64,000 nt of DNA from Geopsychrobacteraceae bacterium (GCA_963676795.2 CAXXTB010000001.1:672001-736000); one strand, 5' to 3'; shown: positions 38,902-50,310, counted from the stretch's first letter. Notes: generated from the letters alone by a model not told the origin. A program made the numbers and translations.

Positions 38902-39693
38902 TCAATCCCGTGAGGTCATTTTTCTGATCTGGCCAAGCAGTCTGGCCCACAGACTGCCCAGCTGCTCGTGCCACCAGTAGGTGGTGCGATTCAGGGTCGA
39001 AGCGTCCGGCAGGTGCCACCAGGTGAAGACCGGTTTGCTTAAGTGCTCGGTCGGAGCGGCGACCGGGGCTAATCCCTGCCCCCCAAAAAGCCCCATGGCG
39101 CGCGGCATGTGCATCGCCGTGGTGACCAGCACCAGGTGCGCCTCCGGGAAGTTTTCAGCAATGATCTGTGCTTCTTCGGCGGTATCGCGCGGGCCGTCGA
39201 AAGTGAGGATATCTTCGGCCGGAATTTTCAGTTCAATGGCCAGCTGTTTCAGCTTGTCCGGGTAGGCGACCGGGTCGTTTTCCAGGCCGTGATAGCCGGT
39301 AAAGACCAGCTTGCTCCCCGGATTCTGGTAGTAGATGCGGATCCCTTCGGTCAGGCGAACGATGCCGGAGGGTTGAATCTCGCTGGTGAGCGGCTGCTGA
39401 CCGAAGGTCGACTGATGCCAAGCACCAAGGACAACGATGTAGTCGGCCGGGGTTTCGCCCGCCTGGTAGGCCGGGTAGCTGTTTTCAAAGGGATCGATAA
39501 TCTGCCGGTTCAGCGGGGCATAGCTGCAGATGAACAACAGGGCGAGCGTAAGCAGAATGACGAGGTAGCCGAACCAGCGGGTCTTGCGCCGCAGTATCAG
39601 CAGCAGAGCCCAGAGCAATAGCAGGATCATGAGCGGAACCGGCATCAGCAGGCTGCCGAGAATTTTTTTGGCGAGAAAAGCGTAGTGATCCAT
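38902..39693 (-). CDS. ElyC/SanA/YdcF (DUF218) family protein
   Basis: Two TM helices; IVVLG, RL.EG, DTAEEA, LVTTAMHMPRA. Confidence 0.88.
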   Translation of the reverse strand: MDHYAFLAKKILGSLLMPVPLMILLLLWALLLILRRKTRWFGYLVILLTLALLFICSYAPLNRQIIDPFENSYPAYQAGETPADYIVVLGAWHQSTFGQQPLTSEIQPSGIVRLTEGIRIYYQNPGSKLVFTGYHGLENDPVAYPDKLKQLAIELKIPAEDILTFDGPRDTAEEAQIIAENFPEAHLVLVTTAMHMPRAMGLFGGQGLAPVAAPTEHLSKPVFTWWHLPDASTLNRTTYWWHEQLGSLWARLLGQIRKMTSRD

Positions 39694-39755
39694 CGATCCG
39701 GCTCCGGGTGAAATGTGTAGCGCTTAGGAACACTAACGCAGACGTCCTCTATTGA

Positions 39756-40424
39756 TCAAGTATCTCGTGTGAATTCACAAAGATGGGCGCAGGGGCAGGC
39801 GTTACAGAGCGGCTTTTTACGGCAGAACTCCTTGCAGTGGATAACGATCAGGGCATGGTACTCGTTGTAGAGCTGGACATCATCAGGCAGGGTGCTCATG
39901 AACAGCTGGCGGACCTGCTCATATTTCTCATTTCCATTGAGTAGGCCGAGGCGCGCAAAGACCCGGTTGGTATAGGCATCGACGACAAAAGAGAGCTGGT
40001 CGCCGGCATAGAGCAGGATCGAATCGGCCGTTTCCGGGCCGACCCCTTTGAGACTGAGCAACTCTTTTCTGGCCATCTCCAGCGGTTGGGCGACCAGGTT
40101 TTCGATTTTACCCTGATGCTGTTCTGCCAGGTGTTGGCAGAACAGTTTCAGACGCTCAGCTTTCTGGCGGAAATAGCCCGATGGGCGGATCATCTGTTCC
40201 AGTTCGCATGTTTCAACGGCGATGATAGCCTCACAGCTCAAGGCGTCGGCCTGCTTGAGATTGTTAATCGCCTTTTCAACATTGCTCCAGTTGGTGTTCT
40301 GGGTGAGGATGGCGCCGATCGTCACCTCGAACGGCGTCTCCCCCGGCCACCAGTTCTGCGGGCCGTAACAGGAATAAAGGAGCTGGTAGGTGGCGGACAG
40401 TTTGTTGTCAGAGTGATCTTTCAT
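39756..40424 (-). CDS. Endonuclease III-related HhH-GPD DNA glycosylase
   Basis: WWP, GAILTQNT, LKGVGPETADSILLY, HALIV, C-terminal Cys cluster. Confidence 0.92.
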   Translation of the reverse strand: MKDHSDNKLSATYQLLYSCYGPQNWWPGETPFEVTIGAILTQNTNWSNVEKAINNLKQADALSCEAIIAVETCELEQMIRPSGYFRQKAERLKLFCQHLAEQHQGKIENLVAQPLEMARKELLSLKGVGPETADSILLYAGDQLSFVVDAYTNRVFARLGLLNGNEKYEQVRQLFMSTLPDDVQLYNEYHALIVIHCKEFCRKKPLCNACPCAHLCEFTRDT

Positions 40425-40570
40425 AGTCAGGGATTTTAGATTTTTGTGGGAACAGTTTCAATCTTCCTGTTTCCATTCTGAATAGACTGGATGAAAAGAG
40501 TCCACGGCTTGGATTTTTGAGAGAATTGGATTAGTGTACATTTCGTAAATTGTGGATGCCGGGAGGGATT

Positions 40571-41071
40571 ATGGCAGATTTTGCAGCATTATCTTTTGTA
40601 AAAATCAATTATGCAGTACAGGTCCACGCCAATCCCCAGCTGTACAAATATGTCTGGTGGGTTGTCGCGGAAGAGGAACTGCCGGCCGATTTTCCGCTGT
40701 TATTTCCGCTTAATGCGGACGGTTCTCTGGCCTCGCCATGGCTGAGCGAAGAAACCTCAGCCGATGAGGAGATGAGCGCGGAGTCCCGGCGGATGGTGAG
40801 GCGCAGGGAATTATCTCTCGGTATAGGCGCTTATCAACGGACCTGTATCGATTTCATCCGGAGTAATTACCAGCGCCTGTGCATGGCTGATGCCTTGGAA
40901 ATAATGGATCTGCTGGAACGACGCAATCAGTCATACATTATCGTCAATAAGGAACTGCCGCGCATCGGGATCGGCTCGCCGGTAGATTCCGAGCATAACC
41001 GTTGGGAAGGGCGGGAATGGGCCTGCGGTTTTGATGAAGACGAGGATCCGGTCGTGGGTGGCTATAAATAG
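40571..41071 (+). CDS. Hypothetical protein
   Basis: ORF with RBS ggaggg; no motif recognised. Confidence 0.6.
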   Translation: MADFAALSFVKINYAVQVHANPQLYKYVWWVVAEEELPADFPLLFPLNADGSLASPWLSEETSADEEMSAESRRMVRRRELSLGIGAYQRTCIDFIRSNYQRLCMADALEIMDLLERRNQSYIIVNKELPRIGIGSPVDSEHNRWEGREWACGFDEDEDPVVGGYK

Positions 41072-41220
41072 TTTGGAATGATTTTAATGCGAGACTTTCC
41101 CGTTTCATTGAACCTGCAAAAAAAACTGGATCTGACCCGATAATAGTGTAAGTGAAAATTGCACGATCTGCCGGAAATAGATAGTTGACCCCTGCTGCCT
41201 GCATCTATGCCTTAGCGGAT

Positions 41221-43917
41221 TCAGCGATTTAATGCCTCTCTTACTTTTTTCTGCAGAGTATTCATACCGAACGGTTTCCGGATAAAGGAGATCCCTTCCT
41301 CAACAATTCCACGTTGAGCAATCAGATCCTCAGTGTAGCCGGACATAAACAGGACTCTGCGATCCGGTATGACAGGCCTCAGCTTCTCAGCCAGTGTTTT
41401 CCCGTTCATCTCTGGCATAACCACATCAGTCATCAGCAGGTCAAAACTGAAACCCTGCTGACTGCACAGATCTATCGCCTCAAGAGGTGATCTCGCCGAC
41501 CGGACAGTATATCCTAGTCTCTCTAACATCTGTGTTGCCATTTCCCGGACATTTTCATCGTCTTCAACCAGCAGAATTGTACCCTCGTCGCAGCCCAGTT
41601 TGACCGAATCTGAAACCTCATTTATATCCGATTCAGTTGCCAGTTCTCTTGGCAAGAAGATATTAAACGTCGTCCCGTTTCCGGGTTCACTGTACACATT
41701 AATAAACCCGCGATTCTGTTTGACAATGCCGTAAACTGTTGCCAGTCCGAGCCCTGTCCCCTTTCCACTTTCCTTGGTCGTATAGAAGGGTTCAAAAATA
41801 TGAGCGACTACGTCCTTGCTCATCCCCTGGCCTGAATCGCTAACCGTCAGCTGTACGTGTTCACCCGGACGAGCATCCAGGTGAATGGCACAATACTCTT
41901 CGGGAAGGTCGATATTGGATGTCTGGAGTATAAGATCTCCTCCGTCAGGCATGGCGTCCCGTGCGTTGACCAACAGATTCATAAGAATTTGGTCCAGCTG
42001 TGACGGGTCAATAAGGACCCTCCAGAGAGTTTCTTCAAGTTTAAGCGAAAAATGGACATCTTCACCGACAAGCCGTCCCAGATTTTTTTGGGACTCGACA
42101 ATATACCTGTTTATATTAATCACTTTCGGAGAGACAATGTCTTTTCTGGAGAAAGCTAACAGTTGTCTGGTAATATCACGGGATTTTTCAGCAGCAATTA
42201 TTATCTGTTCAAGGTTCTTTGCCAGCGCATCGGTATCTGAAAGTCGACATTGAGATAACTCTGCAAAACCAAGAATCACGCTCAGCATATTGTTGAAGTC
42301 ATGGGCAACTCCGCCTGCCAGCCTTCCGACTGATTCCATTTTCTGGGATTGAATCAACTGTTCTTCAAGTTTTTTTCTTTCGGTAATATCACGGATTGTT
42401 GCCAGCACCCGGGTCTGACCTCCCAGACTGACATGCTTGAGCTGGACTTCTACCCATATAATATTTCCCGATTTATGCCGCAGCTGCCACTCTATCATGT
42501 GGGGTTTATTTGCTGACACGTCCTGAATAAGCTTGGCCACCTCAGTGCCTGTGTACGGATGGATACCGGAAGACAGCTCTTCCATGGAAAGAGCAAGTGC
42601 CTCCTGGCGCGAATATCCCAGCATCTCGCTCGCTGTGTTGTTGACATCAATAATTCTGCCTGTTGGCAGTTCGTGAATAATCATGGTCTCGCTGCTGGCG
42701 TCAAATATGGTTCTGAAGTGTCGCTCGCTTTGGCGCAGTTTCTTTTCTGTCAAAATTCTTTTTCTGATCTGAAATACCAGTGCTGCAACGAGTAATGACA
42801 GAAGGAGAATGACGGAGGTAGTGCCCAGGACAAATTCACGGTACTGGCTCCAGAGTGTCTGTGGACGGTTGATAAAGATGCTGCTGGAGGGCAAAAGGGA
42901 AACATCGCGGTGCCATCGTTCGATCTGTTTCCAGTCAAACATCGGCTTTATTAAATTTGAGGTCGGTTCAATAGCCTGCTCTTTCCCGTTAAAAGCAGCT
43001 ATGGCAGTTCTCGCCAGCATCGCTCCGGCTTCTTTCATGTCAAACATCATTCCGCCGACAATCCCGCTTCCAAGATGGGGAGTGATGACGCTGAAGAAAG
43101 GTGCGTTCGCCACTTCTGAAAAGGTCTTCAGCAGCTCGTTCGGAACAAAAACCCGACCCGTAATATCAGAGCTGATAATGGTATAGATACAGATGCTGTT
43201 TTCTGGAAGGGTCTTGAGCCGCTGTACGATCTCTTCAACGGAAAGATGACTGGTATATTCAAATGTGTATTTATCTTCGAAGGGAGCAAACTCTTTTTTT
43301 GCCCGGAGCTCCATCATCTTATTAGAGGATGGAGCTCCGGCCAGAAAAACAACATGCTGGGTCTTTGGGAAAAGGCTTACAGCCAGTTCAAAGGTGCCGA
43401 GAAAGTCATAATCGTATTCGACAAAGTGTACCGGCCGAATAGGTGTTGTCTGTTGGAGAGCTTTTTTGAAACCAAAAGAGACAACCGGGCTTCCGGGGGA
43501 GATTGCCACACCTTGATTCATAAGGAATTCATAAGCTGCATCAAATATTGTAATGATCAGAGAAAATTTTACCCCTGCATACTTGTTAAGTAGAAGTTCG
43601 CTGAGATTCTCTTTCTGCATAGGAGTCCGTGGTGGAGTAATATCGAGATACTCAAAGTAGGTACTCTCAAGACTCATTTGTTGCCGGGCCATTTCGGCAA
43701 TGAATCCGTCGGTAATTTGCTGCTGAGCAGGGATGTGGTAACCGAAAGAATAAAGCACCAGGACACGATAAGCGGGAGCTTCTTCTGGCTGTTCTGCCGC
43801 GTAAAGACAAGAGGAAACAGCCAGTATGCAGATAGTGAAAGTCAGAACAAGGTTTTTTCTGAAAAGCAATCTGAAAAAAAGAAAAAGTATGGTCCTAACA
43901 GAAGCGTCAGATTTCAT
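41221..43917 (-). CDS. Hybrid sensor histidine kinase with periplasmic ABC-substrate-binding-like domain, PAS and REC
   Basis: LAGGVAHDFNN, NARDAM, GTGLGL, REC; visibly lower GC than flanking genes. Confidence 0.9.
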   Translation of the reverse strand: MKSDASVRTILFLFFRLLFRKNLVLTFTICILAVSSCLYAAEQPEEAPAYRVLVLYSFGYHIPAQQQITDGFIAEMARQQMSLESTYFEYLDITPPRTPMQKENLSELLLNKYAGVKFSLIITIFDAAYEFLMNQGVAISPGSPVVSFGFKKALQQTTPIRPVHFVEYDYDFLGTFELAVSLFPKTQHVVFLAGAPSSNKMMELRAKKEFAPFEDKYTFEYTSHLSVEEIVQRLKTLPENSICIYTIISSDITGRVFVPNELLKTFSEVANAPFFSVITPHLGSGIVGGMMFDMKEAGAMLARTAIAAFNGKEQAIEPTSNLIKPMFDWKQIERWHRDVSLLPSSSIFINRPQTLWSQYREFVLGTTSVILLLSLLVAALVFQIRKRILTEKKLRQSERHFRTIFDASSETMIIHELPTGRIIDVNNTASEMLGYSRQEALALSMEELSSGIHPYTGTEVAKLIQDVSANKPHMIEWQLRHKSGNIIWVEVQLKHVSLGGQTRVLATIRDITERKKLEEQLIQSQKMESVGRLAGGVAHDFNNMLSVILGFAELSQCRLSDTDALAKNLEQIIIAAEKSRDITRQLLAFSRKDIVSPKVININRYIVESQKNLGRLVGEDVHFSLKLEETLWRVLIDPSQLDQILMNLLVNARDAMPDGGDLILQTSNIDLPEEYCAIHLDARPGEHVQLTVSDSGQGMSKDVVAHIFEPFYTTKESGKGTGLGLATVYGIVKQNRGFINVYSEPGNGTTFNIFLPRELATESDINEVSDSVKLGCDEGTILLVEDDENVREMATQMLERLGYTVRSARSPLEAIDLCSQQGFSFDLLMTDVVMPEMNGKTLAEKLRPVIPDRRVLFMSGYTEDLIAQRGIVEEGISFIRKPFGMNTLQKKVREALNR

Positions 43918-43973
43918 AAAAATAACCTCTTTGGTTTTGCCTGAAGAGTGACGCAAAACCAAAATCTGTATAG

Positions 43974-45286
43974 CAGGGTGTTGAAAAACTAGCCGGGAGT
44001 CGTCCCATTCTCTCCCGATGTAATTTTTTTGCTCTTTGACAATCTAAGTTTCGTTGGTTCCAAGCTGTTTTCTGCTTTTATGAACCGATTTTCGCGATCA
44101 ATCGCGATGCAATGGCAGTGTTCGCCTCCTCTGTTGTCACAATCCCCAGATTAGGCCACGCATGCGGACCAGATTATAGGCCGCTGCTGCCAGGGTAAAT
44201 GCCGATTCAACACGTTCAATGCCTCGGAATCGAGTTTTGCGTAAGTGTCCGGTGGTTTTCATCCAACCGAAAATCTCCTCGATGTGTTTGCGAACTCTCA
44301 TGCTGACCAGGTATCTGGCATGCCGGGTCGTGCGTCCGTCGATCGCTGAACCTTTCTTCTTCTGGGCAACATGGGCCGTGACCTGTCTCTTGCGCAGATC
44401 TTGGACGAAGGCTTTGGCGTCAATCCTTTGTCGGCGGCGAGAGTCACTTTCTTCGTTCCCGGTATATTCTCGGCCATCTTCAAAGCCGCTTCGCGTTCGG
44501 CTGTCCCTGTGGCCTGTGTCAATCGGCTGTCGACGACCAGTCCGTTCCGGTTTTCCATCAGAGCATGCCCCATGTAGCAGAGCTTGGCCTTCTTTCCTTT
44601 GCCCTTTCGGTAAAGGCGGGCATCGGGGTCGGTTGTCGACTGATGGGTTTCGTTCTTGCGTTTTTGCCCTTTGAAGTCGACTTCCGCATTGCGGCCACCG
44701 GATTCTGGCGGATCTTGATCTTGGTCATCCTTCGGGCGAAAGCTCTTCAATGATGCCCATGCCTCAATCAGGGAGCCGTCGACAGAAAAGTGTTCACTCG
44801 AAAGCAGATCGGCGACTTCTGTCTGTTGCCGGACGATCTGGAAAAACTGCGTTGCGACATCGTGAGCAATCAAACGATCACGATTCTTGGAGAAGGTTGA
44901 GTGATCCCAAACCTTGTCATCCACGGACAAGCCCACAAACCAGCGAAACAGCAGATTGTAATCCAGTTGCATGGTGCAGCAGCAATGCCCGAAGTCGCTG
45001 CTCCGGCGGAATCGAAGGCCGACCGGTATGAGAATACATCTCCCTGAACAGGGGAGCGAGATTGACCAGAGCGTTATCGACCATGATCCGGATGGGCCAC
45101 AAGGGGTGATCCTCGGGAACCCTGGCTTCCGGGGAACTATAACTGAACATGGCCTGTTGATTCTGGTCTTCGCCGCGCATAACGATTCTCCTGAAATATC
45201 GATCTGTTACGCGCGAATTATAGCAAATTCAGAAACTCGAACCCAGTAAATTCAAGGGGTTAGGTTAATTGTTTTTCAACACCCTG
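43974..45286 (-). mobile_element. IS5-family insertion sequence (defective)
   Basis: TIRs cagggtgttgaaaaac / gtttttcaacaccctg; flanking ATAG duplication (43970-73, 45287-90). Confidence 0.9.
44137..45180 (-). pseudogene. IS5-family transposase pseudogene
   Basis: MRGEDQ..GRPSIPPE, YNLLFRWFVGL, STTDPDARL, ADKG; split across frames by an internal deletion and a frameshift. Confidence 0.88.
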
Positions 45287-45454
45287 ATAGAAAGGTCCGA
45301 ATGAACGTAGTTTAAGTCTACCAAGGAACATTCGCTTTTGAAAATTTATGTTTATGTATGAATTGTGATAAGCGGCGGGTGGAATGCCTGTTGAACAATG
45401 CAAAATCAAGGTCGTGGGCTTACGTCCTCCTCCTACCCATCCTATAAATTGAGC

Positions 45455-47027
45455 CACTACTGACCGGTTAATAGCCGAATGAATTCAGTTGGTTGCTATC
45501 TGGGTGGTCTTGAATTTGCTTGAGAGCATCAGAAACCATCGATGAAATGGGCTTTTTCTCAAACAGATTGACCTCCAGGATCTGTAAAAAAGTGTAAAGC
45601 TCGCACGGGATTTTGAGCTTTTTCTTCGCGATGACAACCAGAAGATAAATGCTCAGTGCTACCCAGATCTGGCTCTTCACGGCATTGATCGATGTTCCGT
45701 AAAATGATTTGATCCGCAGGTGTTGCTTGATCCATTTGAAAAACAGTTCCACCTGCCAACGCTGCTTATAGACTTCAGCAACAGTCGCTGCAGAAATCGT
45801 AAAATTGTTGGTCAAAAAGACCAGATGCTTGTTTCGATTTTGTCAACATAACTGATCCGGCGGAGTTTTTCCGGATAGATTCTTTTGCGCTGGCAGTATT
45901 CGCCGAGTTCCAGTTCGTTGAGGCTGGCCGTCTCCAGGATGATAGGGATCTTTTCTTCGCTGCTGATGGTTTCGTCCGGCGGAAGCTGACCGCCAGTTCG
46001 GTTACGCGCCTGGATTCGCCAACCGTACAGAGTATCTTTCGGGATACTGGTCTCTTCCGACAAGGCGGGAACACTGACGTTCTCTGGTGGCAGAAGCCGG
46101 GCAATGATACTTGCCTTCAAATCTTCAGAATATTGGCTCATTTCGGTCTCACATTCAGCCCCTCGAGTTTACTCAAAGAATATCAAAGAGAGGCGACATC
46201 TATCCTGACACAGGGGGAATAGAGACGCTTGCAGCGTAAATTGTCTTTCGCTCTGATGACAAAGAAGGCTCCTTGACGATGCAGTGCATAAAGCCGCGAG
46301 AAATCAGTATAGGACTTGTCCATGGTGTAAATGGCATCCTCAGTCACCGGCAGAGAATCGAGCATTCGAACATCATGCACCTTGCCTTTCGTGACGGCGA
46401 TATACGTTGGAATTGTTCCCCGCAGATCAAGCAACGTATGCATTTTCACGGCGGCCTTTGTTGCCCGAAACTCAGCCCATGGAAACAAGGTCAAACAGAG
46501 ATCGATGGTAAAAGCATACAGCGGCTGATCGAGTTCCAAGGCAAACGGTTCGTCATAGTAAAACTGCTGCGCCATGAGAATCAGAACATGGCCGAAGTCC
46601 TGAAAGGTGCGCCAGTCTCTTCGCTCACGGCATCAGCCAAGGTTGAACGGGACACGGAACCACGAAAGCCGATGTGGTAGAGCTTCTCGCGATGAGAGTT
46701 CAAACAGGTTTCGATATCGCGCAAGCTTTCACGGCCAGCCATTTGGGCGTAGGCGAGACAAAGAAATTGATCGAAAGTCGAAAACTTTCTGGCTCTGTAA
46801 TCACCACGGTAGCGGCGAGCGCACAGATTGAAATCGTGAGGTGGCAGAAACTGCAGCAGTTGCCTGAAAGCGGTTTGGCCTGAATTCATCGATACCTCCT
46901 GCGTTAATGGATGGTATCTCCCCATATTGGCGGGATGAATTCAAATCGAAAACGGAGCAATTATGTCAAAGAGCATTTATTATCAACAACTTAAAGCATT
47001 ATTCGATTTTTTAACCGGACAGTAGTG
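45455..47027 (-). mobile_element. IS4-family insertion sequence (defective; DUF4372-DDE transposase pseudogene 45468-46889)
   Basis: TIRs cactactgaccggttaa / ttaaccggacagtagtg; 9-bp DR aaattgagc (45446-54, 47028-36); RESLRDIE, KMHTLLDL, YKQRWQVELFFKWIKQHL in different frames. Confidence 0.9.
45872..46210 (-). mobile_element. Nested IS3-family left-end fragment (truncated orfA)
   Basis: Left end TGTCAGGATAGATGTCGCC; ORF MSQYSEDLKASII..IPKDTLYGWR..LNELELGEYC. Confidence 0.75.
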
Positions 47028-47113
47028 AAATTGAGCAACAACAAGATGCAAAATATGTTTTGTCGGGCAAATCATTTCCCCTTACCTGCTGCTTTCCACT
47101 ATAATCCCCGCCT

Positions 47114-49666
47114 ATGTTGAATTTCTTAAGTCCAGACAGTATCGATCAGATCCGTTATGCCATTGCCGAGAACGGTGGGCGTGAGGTCTTTATCCTGGGG
47201 CAGACCGATGCCAACAAGCGCATCGTCCAGGTCGAGGTGTTGGCCAGGGGCTCGGAGGATGCGGTTCCTGCGGTGATGCAGACCTGCAGTTACGGTGACG
47301 TGGTCATCCATAACCATCCGTCAGGGGATCTGCGTCCATCGGGCGCCGATATCGAGATTGCCGCCAGGTTCGGTTCACTCGGGGTCGGTTTCTATATCGT
47401 CAACAATGAGGTTAATAACCTCAATCGGGTGGTTGAAGCCTTTGCCGAGAAAAACAGCGAACTGATCGGGATGGAACAGGTTGCCGGTCTGCTCGGGGCA
47501 GAGGGGAAGATCGCCCGGGAACTGCCCGGCTATGAGGACCGTCCCGAGCAGTTGCGCATGGCTTTTACCGTGGCCGAGGCCTTCAACAGGGGGCAGCTGG
47601 CGGTCGTTGAAGCCGGTACCGGCACCGGGAAAAGCCTGGCCTATCTGGTACCGGCGCTGTTGTGGGCCAAGGCCAATCAGGAGCGGGTGGTCGTTTCGAC
47701 CCGGACGATCAACCTGCAGGAACAGCTGATCCGCAAGGATCTGCCATTTTTGCAGCGCTCTGCCGGGATCGAGTTCTACGCCGTGCTGGTCAAGGGGCGC
47801 AGCAACTACTACTGCCTGCGCCGCGGTGAGAGTGCCGGGCGCGAGCTTGGACTGTTCGATCAGGAGCTGGTCGCCGAACTGCAGCAGATTGTCGAGTGGG
47901 CGGCCAATACTTCCGATGGCTCACGGGAAGATCTCTCTTTTATCCCCAGCTATCAGGTCTGGGAGGAGGTCTGCTGTGAGGCGGATCAGTGTGCCCGGGT
48001 GCGCTGTTCCTACTACACCCGCTGTTTCTTTCACAAGGCCAGACGCCAGGCTGCGCGCGCCGATATTCTGGTCGTCAATCACGCGCTGCTGCTTTCCGAC
48101 CTGGCCCTGCGCCAACAGACCGATAACTATACGGCCACGGCGGTACTGCCCCCCTTTGAACGGGTGATCCTTGATGAAGCCCATCACCTGGAAGATGTTG
48201 CGACCAGCTATTTCTCATCGCAGGTGACCCGCTTTACCTTCGCCCGGGTTCTCAGTCGCTTGCGTCATCCGCGCAAGCCGAACCAGGGGCTGCTGCCGCG
48301 CTTTATCGATCAGCTGTCACGCGAGCTTCCCGAAACCCTGGATGAGCTCTACCGGGGGGTGCACGATCAGGTCGAGTCGCTGCAGGGCAGGCGTCAGCAG
48401 CTGTTCGATGAGGCACTCAACGAGTTACAGGCGATCGGCGAAGAGCTGCCGGCCTTTCTCGGCAAGAAGGTTTCCGCTCAGTTTGAATTGAAGCACCGGA
48501 TCCTGCCCGATTTCTGTCAAAGCGCGCTGTGGCAGAAGATCTGCGAGCGGATCGAAAAACTGCGCCTTTCGGGATCTGAGCTGAGCAAGGGGATTTTGTC
48601 GCTGCTGCGCAGCTGTGAGGCTCTGCCGGAAACGGTGACGGAAAAGATGATGCCGGTGCTGATTGATATCCGCGGCATTGGTGGGCGGATCGACGCCCTG
48701 CTCGCCGATCTCGGCTCGTTTCAGGCCGTCAATGAGCAGAGCTGTGTCTGGATCGAGGTCCGCGAGGGGCGTATCGGTCGGGGCAAGGGATTGATCACCA
48801 GCCTCTGCCAGGCGCCGCTCGAGGTTGCCGAGGGGCTGAATCAGGCCCTCTATCAGCGCTTTCGAACCCTGGTTATGACCAGTGCGACCCTGAGTGTCGC
48901 CGGAAGTTTCCGCTATTTCCATAACCGTATCGGACTCGACCTGGTCGAACCGTCGCGTTTGAAAGAGCTGGCGCTTGAATCACCTTTCGACTATGCCAGT
49001 CAGGCCCTGCTTGCCATTCCGACCGATCTGCCTGCGCCCGGAGCCCCGGGGTTCAACGAAGCGGTGCGCGATGCGGTGGAAAAAGCTGTTGTGGCCAGCC
49101 AGGGGCGCAGTTTCGTGCTGTTCACCTCTTATGCGTTGCTGCGCCAGGTCTATGACGAGCTGTCGCCGGTGCTGGAGGCCCGGCACTTGCGCTGCCTGCG
49201 CCAGGGGCAGGAGAATCGCCACCGACTGCTCAAGCGCTTTGCCGAGGACGAAACCAGTATCCTGTTCGGCACCGACTCCTTCTGGGAAGGGGTCGATGTG
49301 CCGGGGCGTTCACTGGAGCAGGTGGTTATCGCCAGGCTGCCGTTCAAGGTGCCGACCGAGCCGGTGCTGGAGGCCCGCGCCCAGGCGATCGAACAGCGCG
49401 GCGGTGACGCCTTCATGGAATACACCGTGCCCCAGGCGGTCATCCGTTTCAAGCAGGGGTTCGGTCGCCTGATCCGCCATCGCCATGACCGTGGTGTGGT
49501 TCTGATCCTCGATAACCGCGTGGTGAAAAAAGGTTACGGACGGATGTTTCTGCGCTCGTTGCCACCGGCCCGAACGGTTCAGGGGCCATCTGGCATGGTC
49601 TTTTCTGAAATCAACGGCTTCTTCAGAGCTCTGGCTCAGTCAGTACGCTCAGATACTGACTTCTAA
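47114..49666 (+). CDS. DinG/YoaA-family helicase with N-terminal JAB/MPN-like domain
   Basis: IHNHPSG....S..D; EAGTGTGKS, Fe-S Cys residues, DEAHH, TSATL, FWEGVD, QGFGRLIR. Confidence 0.92.
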   Translation: MLNFLSPDSIDQIRYAIAENGGREVFILGQTDANKRIVQVEVLARGSEDAVPAVMQTCSYGDVVIHNHPSGDLRPSGADIEIAARFGSLGVGFYIVNNEVNNLNRVVEAFAEKNSELIGMEQVAGLLGAEGKIARELPGYEDRPEQLRMAFTVAEAFNRGQLAVVEAGTGTGKSLAYLVPALLWAKANQERVVVSTRTINLQEQLIRKDLPFLQRSAGIEFYAVLVKGRSNYYCLRRGESAGRELGLFDQELVAELQQIVEWAANTSDGSREDLSFIPSYQVWEEVCCEADQCARVRCSYYTRCFFHKARRQAARADILVVNHALLLSDLALRQQTDNYTATAVLPPFERVILDEAHHLEDVATSYFSSQVTRFTFARVLSRLRHPRKPNQGLLPRFIDQLSRELPETLDELYRGVHDQVESLQGRRQQLFDEALNELQAIGEELPAFLGKKVSAQFELKHRILPDFCQSALWQKICERIEKLRLSGSELSKGILSLLRSCEALPETVTEKMMPVLIDIRGIGGRIDALLADLGSFQAVNEQSCVWIEVREGRIGRGKGLITSLCQAPLEVAEGLNQALYQRFRTLVMTSATLSVAGSFRYFHNRIGLDLVEPSRLKELALESPFDYASQALLAIPTDLPAPGAPGFNEAVRDAVEKAVVASQGRSFVLFTSYALLRQVYDELSPVLEARHLRCLRQGQENRHRLLKRFAEDETSILFGTDSFWEGVDVPGRSLEQVVIARLPFKVPTEPVLEARAQAIEQRGGDAFMEYTVPQAVIRFKQGFGRLIRHRHDRGVVLILDNRVVKKGYGRMFLRSLPPARTVQGPSGMVFSEINGFFRALAQSVRSDTDF

Positions 49667-49814
49667 TGCCATTCTTTCTCATTTATGAGGGCTAAGTATT
49701 CAGATTCTCTCTGTCTCTGTTTTTGCTGCGCTTGACAGTTGTTCTTTTTGGGTTAGACTTTAACTTCTCTTCACCCTCTACATCCTTACTCTAGCCCGAG
49801 CCCGGGAGGTGCCT

Positions 49815-50309
49815 ATGCCCCAGGAAATGATGCATCAGGACGCGCTAAAGCTGGTCATAGAGAACTCAAAAAAGCTGATGTGCTTCTACCAGAAAGCCGC
49901 AGAAATGAGTACCGCAAGCGGAGCCAGTGTGTTTGCCCGGCTGGCCCAGGAAAAAGAGGCGATCCTTATCCGTCTTTTCTATCGTTATCTCGGCTCTGAG
50001 CTGGGAACCCTGGAGGAATTCATTACCAGCCCCTGCCAGGACCAGGGTCGTCTCGCCAGGGAACTGGGGTCGATCAAGGATGTCCAGATCAAAGAGAGCC
50101 GGGCGCGGGAAATTGCCATGGAGAAGGAGCGCCAGAGTGAAAACATGCTGCGCAGCTGGGCGCGCAATACCATCGACCCGGCCGTCAAAGCTTTCTTTGA
50201 GCGGATGGCTCTGGACAACAAGAAACATTACGATATCATCGAATCGGAATACGCATTTCGTATGCGCATGCCGCATGAAACCGATATCGATACCTTTGTC
50301 AGGGAGTAG
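49815..50309 (+). CDS. Ferritin-like/rubrerythrin-family protein
   Basis: FYQKAA..F..LAQE, EIAMEKE, FERMA....HY helical repeats. Confidence 0.75.
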   Translation: MPQEMMHQDALKLVIENSKKLMCFYQKAAEMSTASGASVFARLAQEKEAILIRLFYRYLGSELGTLEEFITSPCQDQGRLARELGSIKDVQIKESRAREIAMEKERQSENMLRSWARNTIDPAVKAFFERMALDNKKHYDIIESEYAFRMRMPHETDIDTFVRE

Positions 50310-50310
50310 C

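Noticed and set aside
45408..45445. REP-like ctacccatcctat palindrome remnant beside IS4
   Set aside because: Single degenerate copy in the window; not enough support.
47114..49666. Type IV CRISPR CasDinG or anti-phage system
   Set aside because: No cas genes or array; housekeeping-type context.
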